Shown here piece after piece: positions 19,762 through 29,935 of a DNA stretch of 42,598 nucleotides (the first letter of the stretch is position 1; each line of letters opens with the position of its first letter). Both the position numbers and the translations under genes were made by a program. Under the pieces are notes generated by a model. That model was not told the origin of the DNA. It ran no database searches and worked only from the letters and a program-made list of their open reading frames with translations. Origin of the DNA: an uncultured Holophagales bacterium (GTDB lineage Bacteria; Acidobacteriota; Thermoanaerobaculia; Multivoradales; UBA5704); NCBI GenBank assembly GCA_963842525.1, contig CAWJGT010000026.1, forward strand, positions 1 to 42,598, given 5' to 3'.

Positions 19762-20950
19762 CACACCGGGCGTGAGCCCCGCGAGCCCCGAGCCCGCCGT
19801 GGGCGCCCGCCCTGATCTCGTCTGTCTTTCCCACCTGCGGTGGGACTTCGTCTATCAGCGGCCGCAGCACCTGATGAGCCGCTGCGCCCGCGACCGCCGC
19901 GTCTACTTCGTCGAAGAGCCGCTCTGGGAAGACGGCCCGGCTCGGCTGGACGTGAGCGAGCGTCCCGGAGGCGTCCGTGTGGTGGTGCCGCGGCTTCCGC
20001 ACGGCCTGAGCCCGGCGGAGTCCGAGGCGGCGCAACGCGGGCTGCTGCGCGGTCTGCTCGACGAGCAGGGGATCGCGGACTTCATCCTCTGGGTCTACAC
20101 GCCGATGGCGCTGCCCATCGCCGAGGAGCTGGAGCCCGCCGCCGTGGTCTACGACTGCATGGACGAGCTGTCGCTCTTCCGCGGCGCGCCCGCCGAGCTG
20201 CTCGAACGCGAGGCGCGGCTGCTCGAGAGGGCCGACCTCGTCTTCACCGGCGGCCAGAGCCTCTATGAGTTCAAGCGGGAGCGCCATCCCAGCGTCCATC
20301 CCTTCCCGAGCAGCATCGAGGCCTCGCACTTCGGGCGGGCGCGCACGCCGCTGCCCGAGCCGGACGACCAGGCGGCGATCGCCCGGCCGCGCCTCGGCTT
20401 CTTCGGGGTGATCGATGAGCGGATGGACCTGGACCTGCTGGCGGGGGTCGCCGCCGCCCGGCCGGACTGGCAGATCGTCCTGCTCGGGCCGGTGGTCAAG
20501 ATCGATCCCGCGACCCTGCCGCGGCTCCCGAACCTGCACTATCTCGGCATGAAGCAGTACGACGACCTCCCTGCCTACCTGGCCGGCTGGGACGTCGCCC
20601 TGATGCCGTTCGCGCGCAATGAATCGACCCGCTTCATCAGCCCGACCAAGACCCCGGAGTACCTGGCCGGAGGCCGGCCGGTGGTCTCGACCCCCATCCG
20701 CGACGTGGTGCGCCCCTACGGCGACATGGGCTTGGTCGAGATCGCGGAGGGAGTTGGGTCCTTGGGGGAGCCCTTCGTGGCCGCGATCGAGCGGGCGCTC
20801 GCCCTGGCGGGTGATGGGGCTCCCGGCCGCGACGCCTGGCTGCGCCGTGTCGACGAGCACCTGGCACAGGGATCGTGGAGCCGTACCTGGCGGCAGATGT
20901 CCGACCTCATCGACTCGGCCGTGGCCGTCCGCCGCGCTGCCCGGTCGTGA
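19748..20950 (+). CDS. GT-B fold glycosyltransferase
   Basis: SHLRWDFVYQRPQHLM, YDCMDELS, FISPTKTPEYLAGGRPVVST; GGAGG-type SD before ATG 19748. Confidence 0.9.
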   Translation: MLLSDTPGVSPASPEPAVGARPDLVCLSHLRWDFVYQRPQHLMSRCARDRRVYFVEEPLWEDGPARLDVSERPGGVRVVVPRLPHGLSPAESEAAQRGLLRGLLDEQGIADFILWVYTPMALPIAEELEPAAVVYDCMDELSLFRGAPAELLEREARLLERADLVFTGGQSLYEFKRERHPSVHPFPSSIEASHFGRARTPLPEPDDQAAIARPRLGFFGVIDERMDLDLLAGVAAARPDWQIVLLGPVVKIDPATLPRLPNLHYLGMKQYDDLPAYLAGWDVALMPFARNESTRFISPTKTPEYLAGGRPVVSTPIRDVVRPYGDMGLVEIAEGVGSLGEPFVAAIERALALAGDGAPGRDAWLRRVDEHLAQGSWSRTWRQMSDLIDSAVAVRRAARS

Positions 20951-21038
20951 GGTTGTTCTTTGATTTCAATTCCGTCGTCAGCCTGTACGAGCCGCTTCGA
21001 GCTTCGTGAATGGCGTGACCTGTAGAAAGGAGCGGTTT

Positions 21039-22259
<1,221 letters not shown>

Positions 22260-22292
22260 TGCTCGTGGGTAGTTGTGGGGTAGGTAAGGCGA

Positions 22293-22316
22293 AGGGGACC
22301 GGTTTCCCGGTCCCCT
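22293..22316. terminator. GC-rich hairpin after glf (possible terminator, no U-tract)
   Basis: AGGGGACCGG-TTTC-CCGGTCCCCT 10-bp stem. Confidence 0.45.
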
Positions 22317-22556
22317 CGGGACTGGCTCGCGCGGCAGACTCAAGCCGCGGCTAGGAAGGTTGGTACCGCGGGGCGTGACTTCCGCCGTGGGGATTCGCAG
22401 ACTGACAGCGGACGCTGCCAGTGGATCCCCGGAGTGCTGAGGCCGCCAAGGCGGCCACGGGAGTAATATACACCAATAAGCATGTTTATGGAACCGGATT
22501 TTAGGGCGTCCATTTGGACCCCGGCGGCCCGGGCCCCGGCCTGATAGATTTCCCCC

Positions 22557-24695
22557 ATGGGAGCGCGCTCGGCGGCTCGGTGGCAACGGCTTCAGGAGTG
22601 GTGGCGTACCCTCGACTTCACCCTGGCCAGGCGCTTCGGCCTCGCCACCCGGGAAGACCGTGTCTTCTTCATCCTGATCGCCCTGGTCGGGGTGGTCGGC
22701 GGGCTTCTGGGCGCCGCGGTCCATGCCCTCATCGATTTCCTGCAGGCCCTGCTGTGGCAGTCGCCGGGAGATCTGCTCGCGGTGGCGCGCCAGGCTCCCC
22801 GGTGGCTGGTGGTCGCGGCCCCGGCAACCGGCGGCGTCCTGATCGGCCTGATCATCTGGATCAGTCGCCAGCCGCCCGGAGGCAGCGGCATGTCCGCGCT
22901 GATCGAGGCGGTGGCGCTGTCCGGCGGCAAAGTCCCGCCCAAGCCGGTGCTGGCCCATGCCCTGACGGCTATCGTCACCGTCGCCAGCGGCGGCTCCCTC
23001 GGCCGGGAGGGTCCGCTGATCCGCCTCGGCGCCATGGTCTCGTCCTGGGCCGGCCAGCGCCTCGGGCTGCCCGCGTACCGCGTCAAGATCCTGGTGGGGT
23101 GTGGTGCCGCGGCGGGCCTTGCGGCGGCCTACAACATCCCGGTGGGCGGGGCGCTGTTCGCCATGGAGGTCATCCTGGGCAACTTCGCCCTGGAGATCTT
23201 CGGTCCGATCGTCGCCTCGTCGGTCATCTCGACCCTGATCTCCCGCAGCCTGGTGGGGAACACGCCGCTCTACGCGGCCCCCGGCTACGCCCTGGTGAGC
23301 GGCTGGGAGATCCTGTTCTACGTCGGTCTCGGAATCGTGGGCGCCCTCGGCTCGGTCCTTTTCGTGGTCGGGGTGCACTCGGGCAGGCGCCTCTTCACCG
23401 CGATGCGCTTCCTGCCGGCCTGGGTCAAGCCGGTGCTGGGAATGACCCTGCTCGGCCTGTTCGCGCTCTGGGTGCCGCAGGTGCTCGGCGGCGGCCACGA
23501 GATCATCAACCTGGCGCTCGCCGGAAAGCTCGAGCTGCCGGCCCGGTTCGGGCTCCCCGTGCAGCTCACGGCCCTGATGCTGCTCGGCCTGGCCCTGGCC
23601 AAGCTGGTCGCCACGGCGCTGACCACCGGCTGCGGCGCCTCGGGCGGGCTGTTCACTCCCGGGCTCTTCTTCGGCGCCCTGCTCGGAGGCGCCTACGGCT
23701 ATTGGGTGCATTCTCTCTGGCCGAACCTCGCCTCGCCCTACGGCGCCTACGCCGCGGTCGGCATGGCCGCCATCGCCGCGGGCACCAGCCATGCGCCGAT
23801 CAGCGCCATCCTCATCCTCTTCGAGTTCACCGGCAATTACGACCTGATCCTGCCGCTGATGGTGGCCTCGATTATCTCGAGCATGCTGTCGCGGCGGCTC
23901 CGCCGGTACTCGATCTACACGGAGCCTCTGCGCCGGCGGGGGATCGAGCTGCCCTGGCGCATGGAGGAGGCGGTGCTCGCCGGGCTCAAGGCCGAGGACC
24001 TGGCGCGGACCGACCCCGAGATCCTGCGGCCGGGCACGCGCTACCAGGACCTGGTGGACAAGTTCCTCTCCACCCGGAGGGAGCGGCTGTTCGTGGTGGG
24101 GAAAGACGGTCGTCTCCTCGGCGTTGTGTCGCTCCACGACATCAAGCACGCCCTCGAGAACCCCGCAAGCCTGACCGCCGTCGTCGCGCACGACCTGATG
24201 CTCCCGATCGAAGAGGTGATCCACAAGGGCGAGCGTCTGCACCGTGCCGTCGAGGGCTTCACCCGCACCGACTTCGAGCGGCTGCCGGTGGTGGACGAGA
24301 CCGGGAAGTACCTCGGGGTGCTCTCGAAGCGCGACCTGTTGTCGGTCTATGCCCAGGAGGTGCTCGGCCGGCCCGCGCTGCTCGCCACCTTCGTGGCCAA
24401 CGAGGAGTCCGGCGGCGGGAGGCGTTATGTGGAGATCCCGCCGGACTTCTCGATCCGCGAGGTGCCGCTGCCGCCGGAGCTCGCCGGCAAGACCCTGGCC
24501 GAGGCGCGGCTGCCGCAGGCCCTGGGGGTGCGGGTGATCGACATCCGCCGGGACAACCGTCCCGGAGACGAACGGGTCCTCCCCATGGCGGACACGGTCC
24601 TGCAGCCCGGGGACCTGCTGACCGTCATCGGGCCGACCAGCACCGTGGAGGCGCTGAGCGCTGGAAAGCTGGAGCCCCAGATGAAGGTCGAATGA
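22557..24695 (+). CDS. ClC-family chloride channel/transporter with CBS pair and TrkA-C domain
   Basis: GSGMS, GREGP, AYNIPVGGALFAMEV, GGLFTP, SIY; C-terminal CBS and AGKTLAEARL...LQPGDLLTVIG. Confidence 0.93.
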   Translation: MGARSAARWQRLQEWWRTLDFTLARRFGLATREDRVFFILIALVGVVGGLLGAAVHALIDFLQALLWQSPGDLLAVARQAPRWLVVAAPATGGVLIGLIIWISRQPPGGSGMSALIEAVALSGGKVPPKPVLAHALTAIVTVASGGSLGREGPLIRLGAMVSSWAGQRLGLPAYRVKILVGCGAAAGLAAAYNIPVGGALFAMEVILGNFALEIFGPIVASSVISTLISRSLVGNTPLYAAPGYALVSGWEILFYVGLGIVGALGSVLFVVGVHSGRRLFTAMRFLPAWVKPVLGMTLLGLFALWVPQVLGGGHEIINLALAGKLELPARFGLPVQLTALMLLGLALAKLVATALTTGCGASGGLFTPGLFFGALLGGAYGYWVHSLWPNLASPYGAYAAVGMAAIAAGTSHAPISAILILFEFTGNYDLILPLMVASIISSMLSRRLRRYSIYTEPLRRRGIELPWRMEEAVLAGLKAEDLARTDPEILRPGTRYQDLVDKFLSTRRERLFVVGKDGRLLGVVSLHDIKHALENPASLTAVVAHDLMLPIEEVIHKGERLHRAVEGFTRTDFERLPVVDETGKYLGVLSKRDLLSVYAQEVLGRPALLATFVANEESGGGRRYVEIPPDFSIREVPLPPELAGKTLAEARLPQALGVRVIDIRRDNRPGDERVLPMADTVLQPGDLLTVIGPTSTVEALSAGKLEPQMKVE

Positions 24696-24901
24696 GGAGA
24701 GACGAGGACCGTCGCCTGCTGGAGCGCCTGCCGACGCCGGCCGGCCTCTGCGCCACCTGCGAGTACCTGCGGCTGCTGGCCTCGCCGCGCAGCGTCTTCG
24801 TCCGCTGCGGCCTGGCAGAGACGGACCCCGCCTTCCCGCGTTATCCGGCGCTGCCCGTCCGTGCCTGCACAGGCTACGAACCCCACAGCGGATCCCCGTA
24901 G
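24692..24901 (+). CDS. Small Cys-rich hypothetical protein
   Basis: ATGA overlap with the ClC stop; GLCATC...FVRC...YPALPVRAC. Confidence 0.65.
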   Translation: MRRDEDRRLLERLPTPAGLCATCEYLRLLASPRSVFVRCGLAETDPAFPRYPALPVRACTGYEPHSGSP

Positions 24902-24978
24902 AACCGGAATGGCGCGGAAATTCCACCGCCCGGTTGCAGCCGTCATAATGAAGGAGTTGCCTGTCCAGCGAGATTCCT

Positions 24979-25440
24979 ATGCGAGACCAGGTCTTCATCA
25001 GCTACAGCCATCAGGACGAAGCCTGGAAGGATCGCCTCGTCCGCCAGTTGCGCGTCCTGGAGCTGGAAGGAGCCCTCACCGTCTGGGACGACCGGAGCAC
25101 GGAAGTTCCCCGTCTCCTCCAGCGCCGCGCGAAGGATGGGCTCCGGATCATCCCGCTCATCGTCCACCCCTGCGCGTGGCAGGCAGTCGACTGGCTGGCA
25201 GAGATCCAGTGTCGCCCGAGAGACGGCCGAGCTCTCTCGGAAGGCCGCAAGGCCAAGGTCGAAGTCCGTGCGCCCGTAAGAGCGCACTTGTTCAGAGAGG
25301 TGGAAGTCCTCTTCAGGCATACGTTCTCCGGCCTGTAACCGAAGGAAACTGCGTCGCGCGCTGGTCGCCCGCTGGCTGGACCGCATGTCGGCCAACGGCT
25401 GGCGCGGCCCGTGCGGGTGCTCGACTGGTCGTTCTACAGT
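24979..25440 (+). pseudogene. Decayed TIR-domain/P-loop ATPase gene remnant
   Basis: VFISYSHQD...VWDDR joined directly to STEVPRLL (central TIR part missing); downstream fragments ALVARWLDRMSANGWRG and VLDWSFYS. Confidence 0.7.
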
Positions 25441-25470
25441 TCCGCGAGCTCGCCACAGGGGCATCAACAA

Positions 25471-25530
25471 CGTCCCCCCTCTCCCGGGGAAGGGAGGGTG
25501 GTAGATGGGAGAGGGGGACAGGGGGTGAGG
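25471..25530 (-). repeat. Family A REP-like repeat
   Basis: CGTCCCCCCTCTCCCG...GGGAGAGGGGGACAGGGGGTGAGG. Confidence 0.88.
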
Positions 25531-25616
25531 TTTCGGGCATGGCAGGGGCCTTGCTACTGTTATAGAGGGCGGTATCCGTCTGTCGAACCGGAAAACCGTC
25601 CCTTGAAGAGAGAATT

Positions 25617-26339
25617 ATGACACCCATACTCCGCACGACCCTGCTGACCGGCGTCCTGGCCCTCTTCCTGGCCCCCTCCCTCGGCCTGTCCGAGGCGGCG
25701 GAGCGCGGGGAGGAGTTCCAGTACCGCTGGCAGCTCAAGAACTTCGTCGGTGCCATCGCCGGCCTCTTCCTGCCCAAAGAGGGGGAGGGCTCGCTCACCT
25801 TCCGGCGGACGAATGGCCATCTGAGGAGCGAGCTGACCATTACCGCGGACACCAGCCGCGAGGGGGAATACTTCCGCTACGGCTCGGAGATCGACTCGCG
25901 GACCCTGGAGCCGATCCGCGCCTGGAGCTCGTATTCCTGGCGCGGCGAGACCAAGTCCAAGAGCGAGCAGATCGCGGCGAAGGGGGTCCTCGACGTGGCC
26001 GCCGGCATCTATGCCATCCGGCAGGACCCGCCCACCAAGTCGCGGCGGATGGAGATCTGGTCGGACGGCAAGATCTACTCCGTCGTGGTGATCCCGCGGG
26101 AGACCGCGGCCAGGAACCTGTCCGGAAAGAAGATCCAGGCCCGCCACTACCAGATCCGCGGCGTCGAGCTCCCCGGGCGGCGCAAGTGGAAGGGCAAGCT
26201 CGACCTCTGGCTCGCCAACGACGAGGCGGCCACGCCGGTCGAGATCGTGATCTCCCGCAATCTGGCGGACGTCCGCATGGAGCTGCAAGTCCTTGCCGTA
26301 ACGGCGCCGCCGCTATACCTTCTCCGCTGTCGTCTGTAG
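25617..26339 (+). CDS. Exported protein, DUF3108-like; last ~20 codons possibly frameshifted
   Basis: Signal peptide, EEFQYRW, DVAAGIYAIR, LDLWLANDEAATPVEI. Confidence 0.6.
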   Translation: MTPILRTTLLTGVLALFLAPSLGLSEAAERGEEFQYRWQLKNFVGAIAGLFLPKEGEGSLTFRRTNGHLRSELTITADTSREGEYFRYGSEIDSRTLEPIRAWSSYSWRGETKSKSEQIAAKGVLDVAAGIYAIRQDPPTKSRRMEIWSDGKIYSVVVIPRETAARNLSGKKIQARHYQIRGVELPGRRKWKGKLDLWLANDEAATPVEIVISRNLADVRMELQVLAVTAPPLYLLRCRL

Positions 26340-26372
26340 GCTCAGACCTCGAGGAGAGAGAGGAGGAATGTC

Positions 26373-27044
26373 ATGCAGCGCTTCAAGCTCAGTTGGTTGG
26401 CAGCAGCACTGTGTATCGTCGCCCTGGCCGGTTGCCGCGCCAAGGACGAAACGGCCGGCACGGACACTCCCACCGATCAGACCGTGAGCACCCCCGCTCC
26501 GGCTCCGATCCCCGAACCGACAATCACCCTGGAGTCCGCCACGGCGACCCTGCAGGGGGCGCCCGAGGACGCCGACTTCTCCGGTACCGTGACCATCACG
26601 CCCGACGGCACCGGCGTGCGGATCGTGGCCGACGTCTCGGGCGTCGACAAGGACGGCACGCACGGCTTCCACGTCCACGAGAACGGCGACTGCTCGCACG
26701 GCGAGGGGAGCAAGCACTTCACCACGGCCGGCAGTCATTTCAACCCGACCGGCGTGGAACACGCCTGCCCGCCGACCGAGCCGCGCCACGCCGGGGACCT
26801 CGGCAACATCGAGATCACGGGCGGCACGGGCCGCGTGGACCTCACGACCAACCTGCTCTCGCTCAGCGGTGCCAATTCCGTCGTGGGCAAGGCGATCATC
26901 CTCCACTCCGGCGACGACGACTGCAAGACGCAGCCGACCGGCGATGCCGGCGACCGGCTCGCCTGCGGCGTGGTGACGATGGGCGGAGACCTGGCGACGA
27001 CCGATCCCATGACCACGGGCAACAGTGGCGCCGGTCCTCAATAA
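26373..27044 (+). CDS. sodC: Cu/Zn superoxide dismutase, lipoprotein
   Basis: Lipobox LAGC; HGFHVH, HFNP, HAGDLGN, ILH, GDRLACG. Confidence 0.93.
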   Translation: MQRFKLSWLAAALCIVALAGCRAKDETAGTDTPTDQTVSTPAPAPIPEPTITLESATATLQGAPEDADFSGTVTITPDGTGVRIVADVSGVDKDGTHGFHVHENGDCSHGEGSKHFTTAGSHFNPTGVEHACPPTEPRHAGDLGNIEITGGTGRVDLTTNLLSLSGANSVVGKAIILHSGDDDCKTQPTGDAGDRLACGVVTMGGDLATTDPMTTGNSGAGPQ

Positions 27045-28347
27045 GCATTTTCTGAGGCCTACGGCCGTTCTGGCGGCCCTCGCGCTCCTGGCGTGCGGGG
27101 CCGCCTGCTCGTCGCGGCCGGAGGGGTCCACGGAGGCGGAGGGGACGGTCGCTTCGTCCCCAACGCCTGCCGCAGACAATCCCGCCGACGGCTGGCTGGG
27201 GATCGATCCGCCCGCCGGCCCCGGTGCCATGGCTCCCAGCCTGACCCCGGCAGGGGCTGACTTGCTGCTCACCTGGCTCGAGCCGGTGGCACCGCGCCCC
27301 GGCACGGCCCCGGGTGCTCCAGTGCACTCCCTCCGCTTCGCCCGCCTCGCGAACGGCCTATGGTCGCCCCCGGTCACAGTGGCTTCCGGCGAGGGCTTCT
27401 TCGCGAACTGGGCCGACTTCCCGGCTGTGGCCCAGGCGCCGGACGGCTCGCTCGTCGCTCACTGGCTGGCCAAGCTCGGCGAGGGCACCTATTCCTATGG
27501 CGTCTTCCTGGCCCGCTCGACCGACGGCGGCGCCACCTGGACCCCGGCCGGGCTTCTCCATTCCGACCGCTCCGCCACCGAGCACGGCTTCGTCTCCTGG
27601 GTCCCGGAGGACGGCGGATTGCGTGCCTTCTGGCTCGACGGACGGCAGACCGGGAACGACGGGCCCATGGCCCTGCGCACCGCACATGTGGAGACGGAGC
27701 CCTCGCGGGAGGAGCAGGTGGATCCACGCGTCTGCGACTGCTGCCAGACCGATGCCGCGGTGACTGCCGGCGGCCCGGTGGTGGCGTACCGAGGCCGTTC
27801 CGGAAAAGAGATCCGCGACATCTATCTCGTGCGCGAGACCGCACAGGGTTGGAGCCGGCCGGCTCTGGTCCATGCCGACGGCTGGGAGATCAACGGTTGT
27901 CCGGTGAACGGCCCGGCGGTCGCCGCCTCCGGCCGGCACCTGGCGGTCGCCTGGTTCACCGGCGCCCCGCCCAGCCCCAGGGTCCAGGTCGCCTTCTCGG
28001 AAGACGGCGGCGCCACCTTCAGTCCGCCGGTCGTGGTCGACGGCGAAGGCCCGCTCGGCCGGGTCGACCTCGTCCTCGCTCCGTCCGGAGACGCCCTCGT
28101 GAGCTGGCTGGCCACCACCCAGGCCCAGCCGGAGCAGGGAGCCGCCGTCCGCCTGCGCCGGGTGAGCCCGCAGGGCGCCGTGGGAGCTCCCGTCACCCTC
28201 GGCGAGGTCAGCTCCGCCCGCGTGAGCGGCTTTCCACGCCTGGCCGCCGCCGGCGACCGTCTCTATGCCGCATGGGTGGAGCTGGGAGCCAACAAGGGCC
28301 CCAGCCGCGTCCGGGTGGGAAGCCTGCCGCTGGCGGGTTTGCCCTGA
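27025..28347 (+). CDS. BNR/Asp-box repeat (sialidase-like) lipoprotein
   Basis: STDGGATW and SEDGGATF Asp-boxes, NWADFP, CDCCQT, GCPVNGP; signal peptide. Confidence 0.8.
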   Translation: MAPVLNKHFLRPTAVLAALALLACGAACSSRPEGSTEAEGTVASSPTPAADNPADGWLGIDPPAGPGAMAPSLTPAGADLLLTWLEPVAPRPGTAPGAPVHSLRFARLANGLWSPPVTVASGEGFFANWADFPAVAQAPDGSLVAHWLAKLGEGTYSYGVFLARSTDGGATWTPAGLLHSDRSATEHGFVSWVPEDGGLRAFWLDGRQTGNDGPMALRTAHVETEPSREEQVDPRVCDCCQTDAAVTAGGPVVAYRGRSGKEIRDIYLVRETAQGWSRPALVHADGWEINGCPVNGPAVAASGRHLAVAWFTGAPPSPRVQVAFSEDGGATFSPPVVVDGEGPLGRVDLVLAPSGDALVSWLATTQAQPEQGAAVRLRRVSPQGAVGAPVTLGEVSSARVSGFPRLAAAGDRLYAAWVELGANKGPSRVRVGSLPLAGLP

Positions 28348-28348
28348 A

Positions 28349-28567
28349 CCTCACCCCCTGTCCCCCTCTCCCATCGCCCTCCCCCCGACCGGGAGAGGGG
28401 GGACGTGGCTGCGGCCCTGTGGGTTTCCGGCTGCCGTCCTGGTCCGGAATCGCCTGTAAGGGCTCTCTGGGATCAGCTTTTATCTCCTACCGGCACGAAG
28501 GCCCCGCCTGCGTCCCCCCTCTCCCGGGGGAAGGGAGTGCGATGGGAGAGGGGGACAGGGGGTGAGG
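28349..28567. repeat. Inverted pair of family A REP-like repeats between convergent genes
   Basis: Copies at 28349-28405 (+) and 28511-28567 (-). Confidence 0.88.
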
Positions 28568-28568
28568 C

Positions 28569-29354
28569 CTACGTCACCTCCACCCACTCCAGAGGCACGT
28601 CCGGATCGCCGAGGATCCGCTCCGCCAGGCGGTGGAAATTATCGCTGGCGTCGGTGACGCACAGGTGATGGTCCGGGTCGCGGTGCGTTGCTTCGAGGCC
28701 GCGCTCGGCAAGCCCCTGGGCCACCACCTCGGCCACCGCCTCCGCCGAATCGACCAGCGTCACGCCGGGGCCGGCGACCTTCTGGAGCACCGGCTTGAGC
28801 AGCGGGTAGTGGGTGCAGCCGAGCACCAGCGTGTCGATTCCGGCGTCCAGGAGCGGGCGCAGATAGCGTTCCGCCACCTGTTCGGTGACCGGGTCGTCGT
28901 ACCACCCCTCCTCCACCAGCGGCACGAACAGCGGGCAGGGCTGGCTCAGGATCTCGAGGTCCGGCCGCAGCCGGCGCAGGGCGCGGGGATAGGCGTCCGA
29001 GCGCACCGTCGCCTCCGTGGCGATCACCCCGACCCGGCCGCGGCTGACCGCGGCGGCCTTGCGCGCTCCCGGCTCGATCACCCCCCAGGTCGGCACCTCG
29101 GGATCGAGGTGCGGCAGGGCCAGCGCCGACGCCGTGTTGCAGGCCACCACCACCGCCTTGACCCCGCGCTCCACCAGGAACTCGATGTTGCGCCGCGTGT
29201 AGCGGGTGACCGTGTCCTCGGACTTGCTGCCGTACGGCAGGCGCGCCGTGTCGCCCAGGTAGAGGATCGATTCGGCCGGCAGCCGCCGGCGAAGCGCCGC
29301 GACGACGGTCAGCCCCCCGACGCCCGAATCGAAGACTCCGATGGCGTCGATCAT
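28569..29354 (-). CDS. murI: Glutamate racemase
   Basis: IGVFDSGVGGLTV, PYG, ACNTAS, LGCTHYP. Confidence 0.97.
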   Translation of the reverse strand: MIDAIGVFDSGVGGLTVVAALRRRLPAESILYLGDTARLPYGSKSEDTVTRYTRRNIEFLVERGVKAVVVACNTASALALPHLDPEVPTWGVIEPGARKAAAVSRGRVGVIATEATVRSDAYPRALRRLRPDLEILSQPCPLFVPLVEEGWYDDPVTEQVAERYLRPLLDAGIDTLVLGCTHYPLLKPVLQKVAGPGVTLVDSAEAVAEVVAQGLAERGLEATHRDPDHHLCVTDASDNFHRLAERILGDPDVPLEWVEVT

Positions 29355-29374
29355 CGCCGAGCCCTTGGAGGATT

Positions 29375-29935
29375 TCAGCGGGCCACCAACGACTGGTTCG
29401 GGGTGAGCGGCCCGCCGGTGTCGAGATGGCCGGAGAACGTGGTCCGCTGCGTGCCGTTCCAGAGGAACACCACCCGCTGCACTTCCGGGACGTTCGCCGT
29501 GATCGAGTTGACGATCCCGTAGACCCGCTGCATCTCCTCGGTCGACCCGGAAGACGGCGGATCGGCGTGCCCGTCCCAGTTGAGGTTCACGAAGGCGGTG
29601 CCGTCCTTCCCGAGCTGTACGCTGGTGAGCACCACCCCCTCCGGGAAGAGGCGGAGCCCTTTCGGCCCGGGGGCGAGCAGGGCGTTGACGATCTTGCGGA
29701 TGCGGTCCTTGGGCGCCTGGGTGACCTGCAGCTCCCGGCGCTGCGGCCGGATCAGGCCGCCGTCGGCCGGAAAATAGAGGTCGAAGGCGACCTTCTCGAC
29801 CGTCCCTGTCTCCCCCTCCGGCCCCAGGGCGCTGCCGGTGCCGCCGCGCCGCCCCTGGAGGAACCACCAGAGCGCGCCTCCCAGGACCAGGGCCAGCGCG
29901 AGGCCCAGAACGAAAGCCGCGGCGCGCCGGCTCAT
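29375..29935 (-). CDS. GerMN domain protein
   Basis: N-terminal TM, DLYFP, AFVNL, GSTEE...VNSI, TFSGHLD; amidase-GerMN-murI order with ATGA overlap. Confidence 0.8.
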   Translation of the reverse strand: MSRRAAAFVLGLALALVLGGALWWFLQGRRGGTGSALGPEGETGTVEKVAFDLYFPADGGLIRPQRRELQVTQAPKDRIRKIVNALLAPGPKGLRLFPEGVVLTSVQLGKDGTAFVNLNWDGHADPPSSGSTEEMQRVYGIVNSITANVPEVQRVVFLWNGTQRTTFSGHLDTGGPLTPNQSLVAR

